Shown one piece after another: positions 39,557-50,882 of a DNA stretch of 64,000 nucleotides. This stretch comes from Pseudomonadota bacterium (GTDB lineage: Bacteria; Pseudomonadota; Gammaproteobacteria; Pseudomonadales; Azotimanducaceae). The notes beneath the pieces were generated by a model. It made no database searches and was not told the origin of the DNA. It saw only the letters and a program-made list of their open reading frames with translations. Made by a program: the position numbers and the translations under genes. The stretch covers positions 257,795 through 321,794 of the forward strand of contig JBCCTU010000004.1 of the NCBI GenBank assembly GCA_039198065.1, given 5' to 3'. The stretch's first letter is position 1. Each line of letters opens with the position of its first letter.

Positions 39557-40591
39557 GTGAGCGAATCCGACAGCGGCAGTGCCAACCTCCGTACCCCTGG
39601 TCCGCTGCTGCGGGCAGCCCGCGAACAGCTCAACATCGAAATTCGAGAGATCGGTGAGGCACTGCACCTGCCGGCAGGTTCCATTGAAGCGATTGAGCGC
39701 GACGATTACGACGAGTTTCCCGCCACCGTGTTTGCCCGCGGGTATGTGCGGTCTTACGCCAAGCTTGTCGAACTCGATCCCGATGAGGTGCTGGCCGGCT
39801 TTCCCGGCGGTTCGCCGGCGGTAACGGAAACCGGTGAGGCGTTGCAAACGGTAACGACCGGGTCGAGTCCTGCGGTGGGTGGGGGTTCGGGCGAGGCTTT
39901 GCGTCGTGTGCAACGCTTCTACGCCGAGCTGCGCTTTGACTACCCCCGCGCGACGCCCCTCGTCGCCCTCGCCCTCGGACTCCTGCTGCTGCTGATCATC
40001 GTGCTGCTCGTTACCGGCGGTGACGACCCGCCGGCTACCGCTGAGGCTGCCGTCGCACCGGCTCTCGATACCGATACGGCGCCAGCGCAGGTTTCCGCCG
40101 ACGATGGACAAGCACCGGCCGCTGCTGCTTCTCCCTTCGCTGCACTCAGCCAGGGCACTGCAGACGGGGCGAGCGTTGAGACGCCAACACCGCCTGCTCC
40201 GCTGTCCGAAGTGGAAAACGGGGACAGCAAGGAAAACCCGAGTGAGGCGCTTGAGGCCGTGGTTCCCCAAGTCGAGCCCGTGCCCGTGAGTACCCTTACT
40301 GAACCGGATGCAGAGCCGCTGCCTGCGACAGCTCGCCGTCTCGGTCCTGGCGATGAACGCTTGACCATGCGGTTCACGGCGGACTGCTGGGTCGAAATTC
40401 GTTCGATTGAACGACGCATGCTGTTTAGTGCGTTGAGCACCGCCGATTCCGAGCTTGAACTGGTGGGCACCGGGCCCTTCAACATCCTGCTGGGTTACGC
40501 GCCGGGGGCATCGCTTGAATTCAACGGACAGGCCGTGTCCCTGGCGCCGCACACGCGCAACAACGTAGCTCGGTTGGTCGTTGGCCAGTGA
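39557..40591 (+). CDS. rodZ: Cytoskeleton protein RodZ
   Basis: N-terminal XRE-type HTH (LLRAAREQLNIEIREIGEALHLP), one TM segment (LVALALGLLLLLIIVLLV), a low-complexity linker, and a C-terminal DUF4115-like region. Confidence 0.85.
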   Translation: MSESDSGSANLRTPGPLLRAAREQLNIEIREIGEALHLPAGSIEAIERDDYDEFPATVFARGYVRSYAKLVELDPDEVLAGFPGGSPAVTETGEALQTVTTGSSPAVGGGSGEALRRVQRFYAELRFDYPRATPLVALALGLLLLLIIVLLVTGGDDPPATAEAAVAPALDTDTAPAQVSADDGQAPAAAASPFAALSQGTADGASVETPTPPAPLSEVENGDSKENPSEALEAVVPQVEPVPVSTLTEPDAEPLPATARRLGPGDERLTMRFTADCWVEIRSIERRMLFSALSTADSELELVGTGPFNILLGYAPGASLEFNGQAVSLAPHTRNNVARLVVGQ

Positions 40592-41952
40592 GTACGCTTG
40601 CCCGCCCGACCGGGACCCAGGACTGGACCGGCGCTCGAGCCCGCGAGCTCGCTGTCGTCGAGCGGGTGCTGTTCGAGGTGATCGAAAGCTATAGTTTCGA
40701 GCCGCTGCGGCTGCCAATGATGGAGTCTGTCGAGCTGTTCAAGCGCGGCGTTGGCGACGCGACGGACATCGTCGAGAAAGAGATGTTCGTGCTTGAGCGT
40801 CGTGGCAACGCAGACACGAGCGATGGGGCGAGGGGCGATGGGGAGAAGGGCGATGGAGAGAAGGGCGATGGAGAGAAGGGCGATCGCGAGGCGCTTGCAC
40901 TGCGGCCCGAAGGGACGGCGAGTACGGTGCGGGCGCTGCAGCAGGAAGCGCTGCTCTACAACCAACAGCAGCGCGTGTACTACGCCGGCTCCATGTTTCG
41001 CTACGAGCGTCCGCAGAAAGGTCGCTACCGCGAGTTTTACCAGGTTGGAGTAGAAGCCTTCGGTTTCGCTGGCCCGGATCTCGATGCTCAGCTGCTGGCA
41101 CTGGCAGCCGACTGCTGGCGCGCCCTCGAGATCGAAGGGCATCTCAACCTCGAACTCAACACCATCGGCAGTTCGGCGGATCGTGCCCGTTACGGCGAGG
41201 CGCTGCGCAGCTATCTCGCACCGCTGCGCGGGGAACTGGACCAAGACAGCCAGCGACGGCTGGAACGCAACCCGCTGCGTATCCTCGATGCGAAAGCTCC
41301 GCGCACCCAGGAACTTCTTGAGGCGGCACCGAAGCTGACCGACTACATCAACGCCGAGGCCCGCGCCCATTTTGATGAGCTGCTGCGGGTGCTCGACGGT
41401 CTGGGGATTGCGGTGCGGCTGAATCCGCGGCTGGTGCGGGGGCTCGACTACTACAACAACACGGTCCTCGAATGGACGACGGAAGACCTCGGTGCCCAGC
41501 GGGCCGTGTGCGCCGGCGGGCGCTACGACGGTCTGGTAGAGCTGCTCGGCGGTAAGCCCATGCCGGCCGCCGGGTTCGCCTTTGGTCTCGATCGGATTGT
41601 TCTTCTTCGGGAGCTCGCGGCCAGCGACAACAACGCGACGCCGATCGGCGGACACCCTGCAGACGTCTATCTGTGCGCGCCGAAAGGCGTGGATTCGCTG
41701 CAGGTCGAACTGGTTGCCCGGCGCTTGCGTAGTTCGCTGCCGGGGCTCAAGCTCCGCGTGCATCTGGGTGGCGGCAAGCTCGACAAGCAGCTCAAGCGAG
41801 CTGATAGCAGCGGCGCGCAGGTGGCGCTCATCTTTGGTCCAGATGAAGCCGCAGCCGATACGATCACGGTCAAGCCGCTGCGAGGAAATGGCGACGAGCA
41901 ACGCGTAGCGCTTGTCGACGTCGCGCAACGACTCGAGGCGATGCTTAACTGA
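40588..41952 (+). CDS. hisS: Histidine--tRNA ligase (with a repeat-encoded insertion)
   Basis: Class II motifs are present: LRPEGTAS, YYAGSMFRYERPQKGRYREFYQVG and GGRYDGL, plus a C-terminal anticodon-binding domain. Confidence 0.95.
   Translation: MSTLARPTGTQDWTGARARELAVVERVLFEVIESYSFEPLRLPMMESVELFKRGVGDATDIVEKEMFVLERRGNADTSDGARGDGEKGDGEKGDGEKGDREALALRPEGTASTVRALQQEALLYNQQQRVYYAGSMFRYERPQKGRYREFYQVGVEAFGFAGPDLDAQLLALAADCWRALEIEGHLNLELNTIGSSADRARYGEALRSYLAPLRGELDQDSQRRLERNPLRILDAKAPRTQELLEAAPKLTDYINAEARAHFDELLRVLDGLGIAVRLNPRLVRGLDYYNNTVLEWTTEDLGAQRAVCAGGRYDGLVELLGGKPMPAAGFAFGLDRIVLLRELAASDNNATPIGGHPADVYLCAPKGVDSLQVELVARRLRSSLPGLKLRVHLGGGKLDKQLKRADSSGAQVALIFGPDEAAADTITVKPLRGNGDEQRVALVDVAQRLEAMLN
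40822..40890 (+). repeat. In-frame 15-bp tandem repeat (GGCGATGG[G/A]GAGAAG x3 plus degenerate flanks) encoding DGARG-(GDGEK)x3-GDRE
   Basis: The three full units lie at 40834-40878, checked against residue numbering of the hisS ORF. The antisense track ORF shows the mirror repeat IALLSIALLSIALL. Confidence 0.85.
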
Positions 41953-42020
41953 GAGCGGTTCAACGGCGATACGTTGCCGCGAAGATAAGAGATGCCGCAG
42001 GGCATCGACAGGAGTGGAGA

Positions 42021-42674
42021 GTGTCGGATTATCTGACCGATGAAGAACAGGCCCAGCGGCTCGAAAACTGGTGGGGGCGCTACGGGCTTTTGGTGATTGG
42101 CGCCGTCATCCTTGCGGTGGCCGCCGTTGTTGGCTACCGCTGGTGGATCGATCAGCAGGCTCAGACCGTAGCGACCGGTGCAAAGATCTACGAAGAGTTC
42201 CGCAGTGCAACGGGCGAAGACAGTCGCGCGTTGGTCGGGCGGCTGGATGCCGAAGCGGGTGCCACGGGCTACCCGGTGCTGGCCCGCTTCCGCCTTGCCG
42301 CGCTGGCTGCGGAAGAAGCCAACTACGCGCAGGCCATTGCCGACTACCAAGACATCATTCGCAGCGCCCGTGAGCCGGCGATCCAGGATCTCGCCCGCAT
42401 TCGCTTGGCGCGATTCCAGCAGCAGTTGGGCAAGACCGATGAAGCGATGGCCGCGCTGCAGAGCGCACGATCCGAGGGCTTTCGGTCGCTGGTGGCGGAG
42501 CTCAAGGGTGACATTCTGCTTGCGAGTGGCGACGCCGCTGCAGCCCATGAAGCCTATGAAGCCGCCGTGGCGGCGATGACCGACGGCCAGTCCAACCCGC
42601 TGCTGGAACTCAAAGCCTCGAGCACTGCCCAAGGTAACGACACCCAGTTGCCGGAGCAGGACATTGACGGTTGA
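42021..42674 (+). CDS. yfgM: YfgM-family (ancillary SecYEG translocon subunit, TPR-like) membrane protein
   Basis: 217 aa from a GTG start after AGGAGTGGAG. It has an N-terminal TM segment (GLLVIGAVILAVAAVVGY). The hisS-yfgM-bamB-der synteny fits. Confidence 0.75.
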   Translation: MSDYLTDEEQAQRLENWWGRYGLLVIGAVILAVAAVVGYRWWIDQQAQTVATGAKIYEEFRSATGEDSRALVGRLDAEAGATGYPVLARFRLAALAAEEANYAQAIADYQDIIRSAREPAIQDLARIRLARFQQQLGKTDEAMAALQSARSEGFRSLVAELKGDILLASGDAAAAHEAYEAAVAAMTDGQSNPLLELKASSTAQGNDTQLPEQDIDG

Positions 42675-42708
42675 TCTAGCGCCCCGGGTTACGGAGCTTG
42701 GGGGCCGC

Positions 42709-43953
42709 GTGCCCGCATTCGGGTATCGAGCGCTGCGTGGTTCCTTACTGCTGAGCGTACTGTTCGCCGGTGGCTGCAGCTGGTTTTCCTGGCTGCCCTT
42801 CGTTGGGGGCGACGACGATGCCGAGCGTAAGGCGAGCAATAAGCCCGCCGAGCTCGAGCGCTTCGATGAAGAGTTGCGGGTCAAACAGGTCTGGAGCCGC
42901 AGCGTCGGCGATGGCTTTGGTCGCAAGTTCCTCTACTTGAATCCCGTCGTCATCGCCGATCGGATCTACGCCGGCGACGGTTACGGCCTCATCGCCGCCT
43001 TCGACCGTTTCACTGGGGAACGCGAGTGGCGCACGCGGATCGGTGAACCGGACGGCGGCTTTTTCAACGTCTTCGATCGCCGCGACCCGAGCTTCGTTAC
43101 TGGCGGACTCGGAGGCGGTGGCGGCTACGTCTACGTCGGTACGGCCCTGGGTGAGCTCATCGCCCTTGATGCCGCCGATGGCGCGGAGCGCTGGCGGGTA
43201 ACCGTCGGCAGCGAGGTGCTGAGCGAACCGATCTACGGCGAAGGTAAGGTGTACGTTCAGACCATCGACGGGCGACTGCTGGCCCTCGACAGCGAGAGCG
43301 GTGAAGAGGTCTGGCGCTTCGACAATCAGGTGCCGATTCTCACGCTGCGCGGTACCGCGACGCCCGTGTACGCCGATGGCGTTGTCTATGCGGGATTCGC
43401 CAGCGGCAAGGTCAGTGCACTGCGCGCCGAGAACGGCGAGCCAATCTGGGAACATCGCGTCATGCTACCGGAAGGGCGTTCGGAGCTTGATCGCATGGTC
43501 GACGTTGACGGGCGCCCCGTGGTGCTCGGGCCGCTGCTGCTGGCCGCGACCTATCAGGGACGAATCAAGGCGCTTCGGCGCGACGACGGCCGGCCGCTCT
43601 GGGAGCGTGAAGCGTCAACGTTCCTAGATCTCTCCGAAGGCCTCGGCCAAGTCTACGTGATCAATGAAGACGATGAGATCAAAGCGCTGGATCTGCAGAG
43701 CGCGGAAGACTCCTGGGATCAGGACGCGCTGTTCCGCCGCAAACTCTCCAATCCCCTAGCAACGGACAGCTATCTCGTCGTCGGTGACGATGACGGCTAC
43801 CTGCATGTCCTGGCGCAGTCGGACGGCCGATTTGTTGGTCGCCGGCGGGTCGACGGTAAAGGTTTGCGAGCTCGGCCTCTGCTTGCGGACGATCTGATCT
43901 ACGTGCAGGGCAACGGCGGCAAGCTCGTCGCGCTCAGCCTCGAAAACCGCTAA
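42709..43953 (+). CDS. bamB: Outer membrane protein assembly factor BamB
   Basis: GTG at 42709 follows GGAG and gives the lipoprotein signal VPAFGYRALRGSLLLSVLFAGGC. The rest is PQQ-like beta-propeller repeats. Confidence 0.88.
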   Translation: MPAFGYRALRGSLLLSVLFAGGCSWFSWLPFVGGDDDAERKASNKPAELERFDEELRVKQVWSRSVGDGFGRKFLYLNPVVIADRIYAGDGYGLIAAFDRFTGEREWRTRIGEPDGGFFNVFDRRDPSFVTGGLGGGGGYVYVGTALGELIALDAADGAERWRVTVGSEVLSEPIYGEGKVYVQTIDGRLLALDSESGEEVWRFDNQVPILTLRGTATPVYADGVVYAGFASGKVSALRAENGEPIWEHRVMLPEGRSELDRMVDVDGRPVVLGPLLLAATYQGRIKALRRDDGRPLWEREASTFLDLSEGLGQVYVINEDDEIKALDLQSAEDSWDQDALFRRKLSNPLATDSYLVVGDDDGYLHVLAQSDGRFVGRRRVDGKGLRARPLLADDLIYVQGNGGKLVALSLENR

Positions 43954-43955
43954 CC

Positions 43956-45368
43956 GTGGCGACGGCGGTCCTCGTCGGGCGGCCGAACGTCGGAAAGTCG
44001 ACGTTGTTCAACCGCCTCGTGCGCGGCCGCGATGCCCTCGTTGCCGATGTGCCGGGCCTTACCCGTGATCGGCGTTATGGACGGATGGCGCTTGGTGACG
44101 CGCAGGTGGCGACCCTCGTCGATACCGGTGGGCTGTTTGGGGAAGACCCCTTCGCCGGCGTGCTGAAGACGCAGGTCGACCTCGCCCTGGACGAAGCGGA
44201 TCTCGTGCTGTTCGTCGTTGATGCGCGCGACGGTCTGCTCTCGGGCGATGAAGACATCGCCGCGCTCCTGCGACGCCGGGGCTTACCCGTGGTGTTGCTG
44301 ATCAACAAAGTCGACGGCCTGGACGCCGCCGTTGCTGTCGGCGATTTCGCGCGTCTGGGCTTCTCCGAGAGCCTTTCCGTCGCGGCCAGCCAGGGCCGAG
44401 GTATGGGGCAGCTTACGGCGTTGCTCGAGGCGCGCCTGCCGGCCACCGAATCCGCGGTTGCGGACGACGATCCAACGGCTATTCGGGTGGCCCTCATCGG
44501 CCGGCCAAACGTCGGCAAGTCGACCCTGACCAACCGGTTGCTCGGTGAAGAGCGCCAGGTCGTGTTCGATGGTGCGGGCACGACCCGAGACGCCATAGAC
44601 ATTCCGCTGACCCGCGATGGGCAGGCGTTTACGCTGATTGATACCGCCGGCGTTCGGCGCAAAGGACGCACCGAAGGCATCGCTGAGAAGTTTTCGGTGG
44701 TGAAGTCCCTGGCAGCCATGGAGCGGGCTCAGGTCGTGCTGCTCGTGATTGATGCGACGGAAGGGCTCGTCGAGCAGGACCTGCATCTGTTGGGCTATGC
44801 CATCGATGCCGGCTGCGCCATCGCGCTGTGCGTGAACAAGATCGACCACCTGCCAAAGGGCAGCCGTGAGCAGCTGCGGTCCGTGCTGGAGCGGCGGCTC
44901 CGCTTTGCGCCGTGGATTCCCGTGCGCTACCTGTCGGCGCTGCACGGCACGGGCGTGGGCCGACTGTGGAATCTGATCAAGCGGCTGCACGCAGCCGGGC
45001 AGCTCGATGAAAGCACGTCGACCTTGACCCGACTGCTGGAAGGCTTCGTCGCCGCCCACCCGCCACCGAGCCATCGAGGTCGCCAGATCAAGCTCCGCTA
45101 CGCGCACAAGGCAGCGGATCATCCGCCGACGCTGGTGATCCACGGCAAGCAAACCGATGCGCTGCCGGAGAGCTATCTGCGCTACCTGGAGAAGTGCTTT
45201 CGCGAGGCGCTGGCGTTGGACGGCAGTCCAATCCGCCTGCTCATGCGCACCGGTGATAATCCCTTTGCCGACAAAGCGAACACGCTCACCGATCGCCAGC
45301 AGCGTCGCCGCGGGCGCATGATTGCGCACCGCAAGAAGACCGAGAAGCGCAAAGCACGCAAGCGCTGA
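43956..45368 (+). CDS. der: Ribosome biogenesis GTPase Der (EngA)
   Basis: Two G domains, each with GRPNVGKST, DTGG/DTAG and NKVD/NKID motifs. The C-terminus is KH-like with a basic tail. Confidence 0.95.
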   Translation: MATAVLVGRPNVGKSTLFNRLVRGRDALVADVPGLTRDRRYGRMALGDAQVATLVDTGGLFGEDPFAGVLKTQVDLALDEADLVLFVVDARDGLLSGDEDIAALLRRRGLPVVLLINKVDGLDAAVAVGDFARLGFSESLSVAASQGRGMGQLTALLEARLPATESAVADDDPTAIRVALIGRPNVGKSTLTNRLLGEERQVVFDGAGTTRDAIDIPLTRDGQAFTLIDTAGVRRKGRTEGIAEKFSVVKSLAAMERAQVVLLVIDATEGLVEQDLHLLGYAIDAGCAIALCVNKIDHLPKGSREQLRSVLERRLRFAPWIPVRYLSALHGTGVGRLWNLIKRLHAAGQLDESTSTLTRLLEGFVAAHPPPSHRGRQIKLRYAHKAADHPPTLVIHGKQTDALPESYLRYLEKCFREALALDGSPIRLLMRTGDNPFADKANTLTDRQQRRRGRMIAHRKKTEKRKARKR

Positions 45369-45373
45369 CGGTC

Positions 45374-46255
45374 TCAGCGCAGCAGCGCAAGCGCCGTCAG
45401 CGGATCGACACGATGGCCGTTGAGGCTGACGGACCAGTGCAAATGTGGCCCAGTCACGCGACCGGTGGCCCCGACCTTGCCGAGTGTCGCGCCTCGGGTC
45501 AGCGCCTGACCTTCTTCGACATCGATTTCGCTGAGGTGGCAGTACATGGTCACCAGCCCTTTGCCGTGATCGATGAGCACCGTGTTGCCATTGAAGTAGA
45601 ACGACCCGGTGACGACCACGGTCCCCGGCGCGGGGTTGGCGATCGGTGTCCCGGTCACGGCGGCAATGTCGAGGCCGCTGTGCGGACTGCGCGGTTGATT
45701 GTTGAGCACTCGGCGGCGCCCAAAGGGACTGCTCATGGGACCAAGCACCGGCTGCAGGAAGGGTTCCACGAGTGTCGTGTCCCGGTCGTCGAACTCCCGG
45801 TAGGCCGAACGCATACGTGCGGATTCGCTGCGGATGCGGCTCAGGTTCTCGGGGTCCGGGTTCACCATCTTGCGGTTCTTTATGGTCAGGCGCTGCTCGG
45901 GGTAGGCCTTTTCCTTGATCTGAAACTTATGCCAGAGCGGACCGTCGTCCCCGAAGTACACGGCCAGCTCCGCTTCTCCCGCCTGTTGCCCCATGGGGAT
46001 ACCCACCAGGTAGCGGCTGCCGATGTTGAACACGCGCTTCCCGCTGAACTCCACTCGGGTCGCTGCCGGCGGGGCGAGGTATTGGTAGATGCCGCCGGGT
46101 ACGGGACTGCCTTCGGCGGGGAGCTCAGGCAGCGCTAGGGGAGCGGGCTCCGTTGCTTCCGCTGCATAAGCCGGGATAACACTGGGGCACCCCAGGGCGA
46201 CCGTCCACAGAAGTAAGGGAAACAGCAACGATCGCCGTGCTGCACGGTCAGGCAT
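45374..46255 (-). CDS. M23-family metallopeptidase with signal peptide
   Basis: ATG at 46255 follows GGAGG. The signal region is MPDRAARRSLLFPLLLWTVALGC. The LytM domain contains …HSGLDIA… and …GRVTGPHLHWSV…. Confidence 0.85.
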   Translation of the reverse strand: MPDRAARRSLLFPLLLWTVALGCPSVIPAYAAEATEPAPLALPELPAEGSPVPGGIYQYLAPPAATRVEFSGKRVFNIGSRYLVGIPMGQQAGEAELAVYFGDDGPLWHKFQIKEKAYPEQRLTIKNRKMVNPDPENLSRIRSESARMRSAYREFDDRDTTLVEPFLQPVLGPMSSPFGRRRVLNNQPRSPHSGLDIAAVTGTPIANPAPGTVVVTGSFYFNGNTVLIDHGKGLVTMYCHLSEIDVEEGQALTRGATLGKVGATGRVTGPHLHWSVSLNGHRVDPLTALALLR

Positions 46256-47549
46256 GCTCTGAACCTCCGTCGGATGGCGGCGGTGGGCGCGTGAGCGACG
46301 CCGCGAGATCAACGTCCTGCACCTCGAGCGTCAGCTTGCCACGGCGTAGATAGGCCTCGACCCGATCACCGGGTTGTAGCTGGTCGGCGCTGTCGACTAC
46401 CGAACCCGTGTCGCTGAGTACCGCCGCGTAGCCGCGCTCCAGGGTCTGGGCGGGGCTCACCGCGTCCAGGGTGCGCAGCCGTGCCCGAGCGGCGTCCCTG
46501 GAACGGTTAACCTGGGCTTGGATCTGCTGCCGGAGCCGGATGTTGCGATCGGCGAGGGTGTCCTGTGCCGCTGCGAGGCGGCGATCCAGGCTCTGCCGCT
46601 GCAGGCGTCTGGTTAGATTGGCAAGCGTTTCCCGGTGTCCCTCGAGCAATCGCGCAGCGGCACGATGCAAGCGTGTTTCCCGCTCGTCGGTGCTGCGCAT
46701 CTGTTGCGCCAGTTCCCGGCGCGGATCGGTCAGACGAAGGCTGCGTTCGCGAACCGCGGCGCGGTGTTCGCTCAGCGTCGTGCGAATCAGCTGGGTCAGC
46801 GCACCGTCGATGCTCCGCAACCCGTCGATCAGTGCAGCGCCATCGGGCGTGATTAACTCTGCCGCCGCGGTGGGTGTGGCGGCTCGTAAATCAGCGGCGA
46901 AGTCGGCGATGGTGAAGTCGACCTGATGGCCGATAGCAGAGACCAGCGGCACGGGGCAGGCGGCAATGGCCCGGGCCACCGGCTCGAGGTTGAAGGCCCA
47001 GAGATCCTCGATCGATCCACCGCCGCGGGTCAGTACAGCCACGTCGACATCGATGGCGGCTAGCTGTTCGAGGGCAGCCACGATTTCAGGTCCGGCTTGG
47101 TCACCTTGCACGCGTACCGGCAACAAAATCACGTCGACTGCCCGGTAGCGGCGCTCGACGGTGTGCAGGAAGTCCCGCAGGGCGGCCCCGGTAGCAGACG
47201 AGATCACCGCGATGCGGCTGGGGCGTTGGGGTATGGGTTGCTTGCGCGACTCCTCAAACAACCCCTCGCGAGCCAGCGACTGTTTCAGTTGCTCGAAGGC
47301 GGCTCGCAACGCGCCTTCACCGGCAGGTTCCAGATGGTCGACGATGACCTGGAAGGTGCCGCGGGCTTCGTAGAGGCTGACCCGCCCGCGCACGAGTACG
47401 GCGTCGCCGTCTTTGATCGGTATGCGCACGCGGCGGTTGCTCGAGGCAAACATGGCGCAGCTGACTTGGGCGCCGCTGTCCTTGAGGCTGAAGTACCAGT
47501 GTCCGCTGCGGTGTTTGTGCAGATTCGAGAGCTCGCCCTCGATCCACAC
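46248..47549 (-). CDS. xseA: Exodeoxyribonuclease VII large subunit (5' end uncertain, see findings)
   Basis: 433-aa track ORF from the GTG at 47549 (…WIEGELSNLHKHRSGHWYFSLKD…), with OB-fold and catalytic domains. It is divergent from guaB, as in E. coli. Conserved N-terminal residues continue in frame upstream without a canonical start. Confidence 0.88.
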   Translation of the reverse strand: MWIEGELSNLHKHRSGHWYFSLKDSGAQVSCAMFASSNRRVRIPIKDGDAVLVRGRVSLYEARGTFQVIVDHLEPAGEGALRAAFEQLKQSLAREGLFEESRKQPIPQRPSRIAVISSATGAALRDFLHTVERRYRAVDVILLPVRVQGDQAGPEIVAALEQLAAIDVDVAVLTRGGGSIEDLWAFNLEPVARAIAACPVPLVSAIGHQVDFTIADFAADLRAATPTAAAELITPDGAALIDGLRSIDGALTQLIRTTLSEHRAAVRERSLRLTDPRRELAQQMRSTDERETRLHRAAARLLEGHRETLANLTRRLQRQSLDRRLAAAQDTLADRNIRLRQQIQAQVNRSRDAARARLRTLDAVSPAQTLERGYAAVLSDTGSVVDSADQLQPGDRVEAYLRRGKLTLEVQDVDLAASLTRPPPPSDGGSEHA

Positions 47550-47783
47550 CGACCCGTAGGCGTCCTCTAACAGGGCGCGCGCGCCCCGCGCAAGCGACGA
47601 GACGGTTAAGATCTGCCGCGATTCATTGTGGTGCTCGGGTCCATGCCGTGGCTGGCCTGGAACTGTGCTGGACGTGCGCTCGGCGATGGCGGTGAGCCTG
47701 GCTCGACGGAATCAGGTCGAGAGTGTAGCCGATTCGTTGCTGCAGCCGATGGCGCGATTTACAGGCGCCAGCGGCATCGCTAG

Positions 47784-49277
<1,494 letters not shown>

Positions 49278-49282
49278 CGGCC

Positions 49283-50869
49283 GTGAACGACTCAACCGCC
49301 GCCGCAGACCCGGCGCACGACGACAAACTCCTGATCCTGGATTTTGGTGCGCAGTACACGCAGCTCATTGCCCGCCGGGTACGCGAGCAGGGTGTGTACT
49401 GCGAGATCCTGCCCTTTGACATCGACGATGCAACGATCGAGGCATTTGCACCGATCGGCGTTGTTTTGTCCGGTGGTCCGGAAACGGTCACCGGCGGTCT
49501 GACACCGCGGGCTCCGGAGTGTGTGTTTCGCCTCGGTGTGCCGGTACTCGGGATTTGCTACGGCATGCAGACCATGGCCGCGCAGCTCGGTGGCGCCGTC
49601 GAGTCGTCGCAGCAGCAGGAGTTTGGGCATGCGATCGTCGCCGTGAACGACGAGTCGGCCTTGCTCGCAGGTCTGGCGGAGGCCGACGGCACGACCGAAG
49701 TGTGGATGAGCCACGGTGACAAGGTGGTCGACGTACCGACCGGCTTTACGATCACCGGCAGCAGCCCGTCGGCACCGATTGCGATGATGGAAGATGCGAC
49801 GCGACGGTTTTTCGCAGTGCAGTTCCATCCGGAGGTCACACACACGGCGCAGGGGGAAGCGCTGCTGCGACGATTCGTTCGAGACATCTGTGGCGGCAAG
49901 GGACTGTGGACCCCGGCCAACATCGTCGACGATGCCATTACCACGGCGCGGGACATGGTCAGAGCGGATCGTGTTGTGCTGGGGTTATCCGGCGGAGTGG
50001 ATTCGAGCGTGGTCGCGGCTCTGCTGTCGCGCGCCATTGGTGAGCAGCTCTACTGCGTTTTTGTCGATAACGGACTGCTGCGCAAGAACGAGCGTGCAGA
50101 GGTTGAAGCGGCTTTCGGCCCAGACAACGCGCTGAAGCTCAACCTGATCGTCGTCGACGCGCGGGAGGAATTCCTAACCGCGCTCGCCGGGGTGGAAGAC
50201 CCGGAAGCCAAACGCAAGATCATCGGCAACACGTTTATCGACGTCTTCGATCGCGAAGCGATGCGCATCGACGGCGTGCAGTGGCTGGCGCAGGGAACGA
50301 TCTACCCGGACGTCATTGAGTCTGCGGCGAGCAAATACGGCAAGGCGCACGTCATCAAAAGCCACCACAATGTGGGGGGGTTGCCGGAGCGGATGCAGCT
50401 GAAGCTGCTGGAACCCTTGCGGGAATTGTTCAAAGACGAAGTGCGGGCCATCGGTCGGCACCTGGGGCTCCGGGATGCGCTCATTGACCGGCACCCGTTC
50501 CCGGGCCCTGGCCTCGGCGTGCGAATCCTTGGGTCCGTGCAGGCCGACTACGCGGATGTTCTTCGCGAAGCCGATGCGATCTTCCTCGAGGAGCTGCGGC
50601 GGACCGGTTGGTACGAGCGCGTCAGCCAGGCGTTTGCCGTTTACCTGCCGGTCAAATCCGTCGGTGTGGTCGGTGACGCGCGCCGTTATGCGCACGTGAT
50701 TGCGTTGCGGGCCGTCGAGACCACGGATTTCATGACGGCGCGGGCCGCGCGCCTACCGTACGAATTGATTGAGACGGTCAGCAACCGGATCGTTAACGAG
50801 ATCAGTGCCGTGTCGCGGGTGGTGTACGACTTCTCGTCCAAGCCACCGGCAACGATCGAGTGGGAGTAA
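49283..50869 (+). CDS. guaA: GMP synthase (glutamine-hydrolysing)
   Basis: 528 aa with a GATase Cys (GICYGMQ), a PP-loop SGGVDSSV and a C-terminal …PPATIEWE. Confidence 0.97.
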   Translation: MNDSTAAADPAHDDKLLILDFGAQYTQLIARRVREQGVYCEILPFDIDDATIEAFAPIGVVLSGGPETVTGGLTPRAPECVFRLGVPVLGICYGMQTMAAQLGGAVESSQQQEFGHAIVAVNDESALLAGLAEADGTTEVWMSHGDKVVDVPTGFTITGSSPSAPIAMMEDATRRFFAVQFHPEVTHTAQGEALLRRFVRDICGGKGLWTPANIVDDAITTARDMVRADRVVLGLSGGVDSSVVAALLSRAIGEQLYCVFVDNGLLRKNERAEVEAAFGPDNALKLNLIVVDAREEFLTALAGVEDPEAKRKIIGNTFIDVFDREAMRIDGVQWLAQGTIYPDVIESAASKYGKAHVIKSHHNVGGLPERMQLKLLEPLRELFKDEVRAIGRHLGLRDALIDRHPFPGPGLGVRILGSVQADYADVLREADAIFLEELRRTGWYERVSQAFAVYLPVKSVGVVGDARRYAHVIALRAVETTDFMTARAARLPYELIETVSNRIVNEISAVSRVVYDFSSKPPATIEWE

Positions 50870-50882
50870 CGCGCGTCGCGAC

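Noticed and set aside
40588-40591. Absence of ispG between rodZ and hisS (present there in E. coli and Pseudomonas)
   Set aside because: Simple synteny variation. rodZ and hisS overlap cleanly by 4 nt with no remnant, so nothing suggests a recent event.
38756-40717. 653-aa ORF on the minus strand, the longest unexplained ORF in the track
   Set aside because: It is antisense to pilW and rodZ, which have recognisable lipobox/TPR and HTH/TM features. The product is Arg/Ala/Gly-rich with no motifs, typical of a shadow ORF in GC-rich DNA.
40495-41928. 477-aa minus-strand ORF
   Set aside because: Antisense to hisS, whose class II motifs are unambiguous. The IALLSIALLS repeat is just the mirror of the GDGEK minisatellite.
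41992-42007. Hairpin GATGCC-gcag-GGCATC between hisS and yfgM as terminator or attenuator
   Set aside because: Only 6 bp, no U-tract, and it sits just before the yfgM SD. This is too weak to call.
41667-42926. 419-aa minus-strand ORF
   Set aside because: Antisense to the hisS 3' end, yfgM and bamB. It is a shadow ORF.
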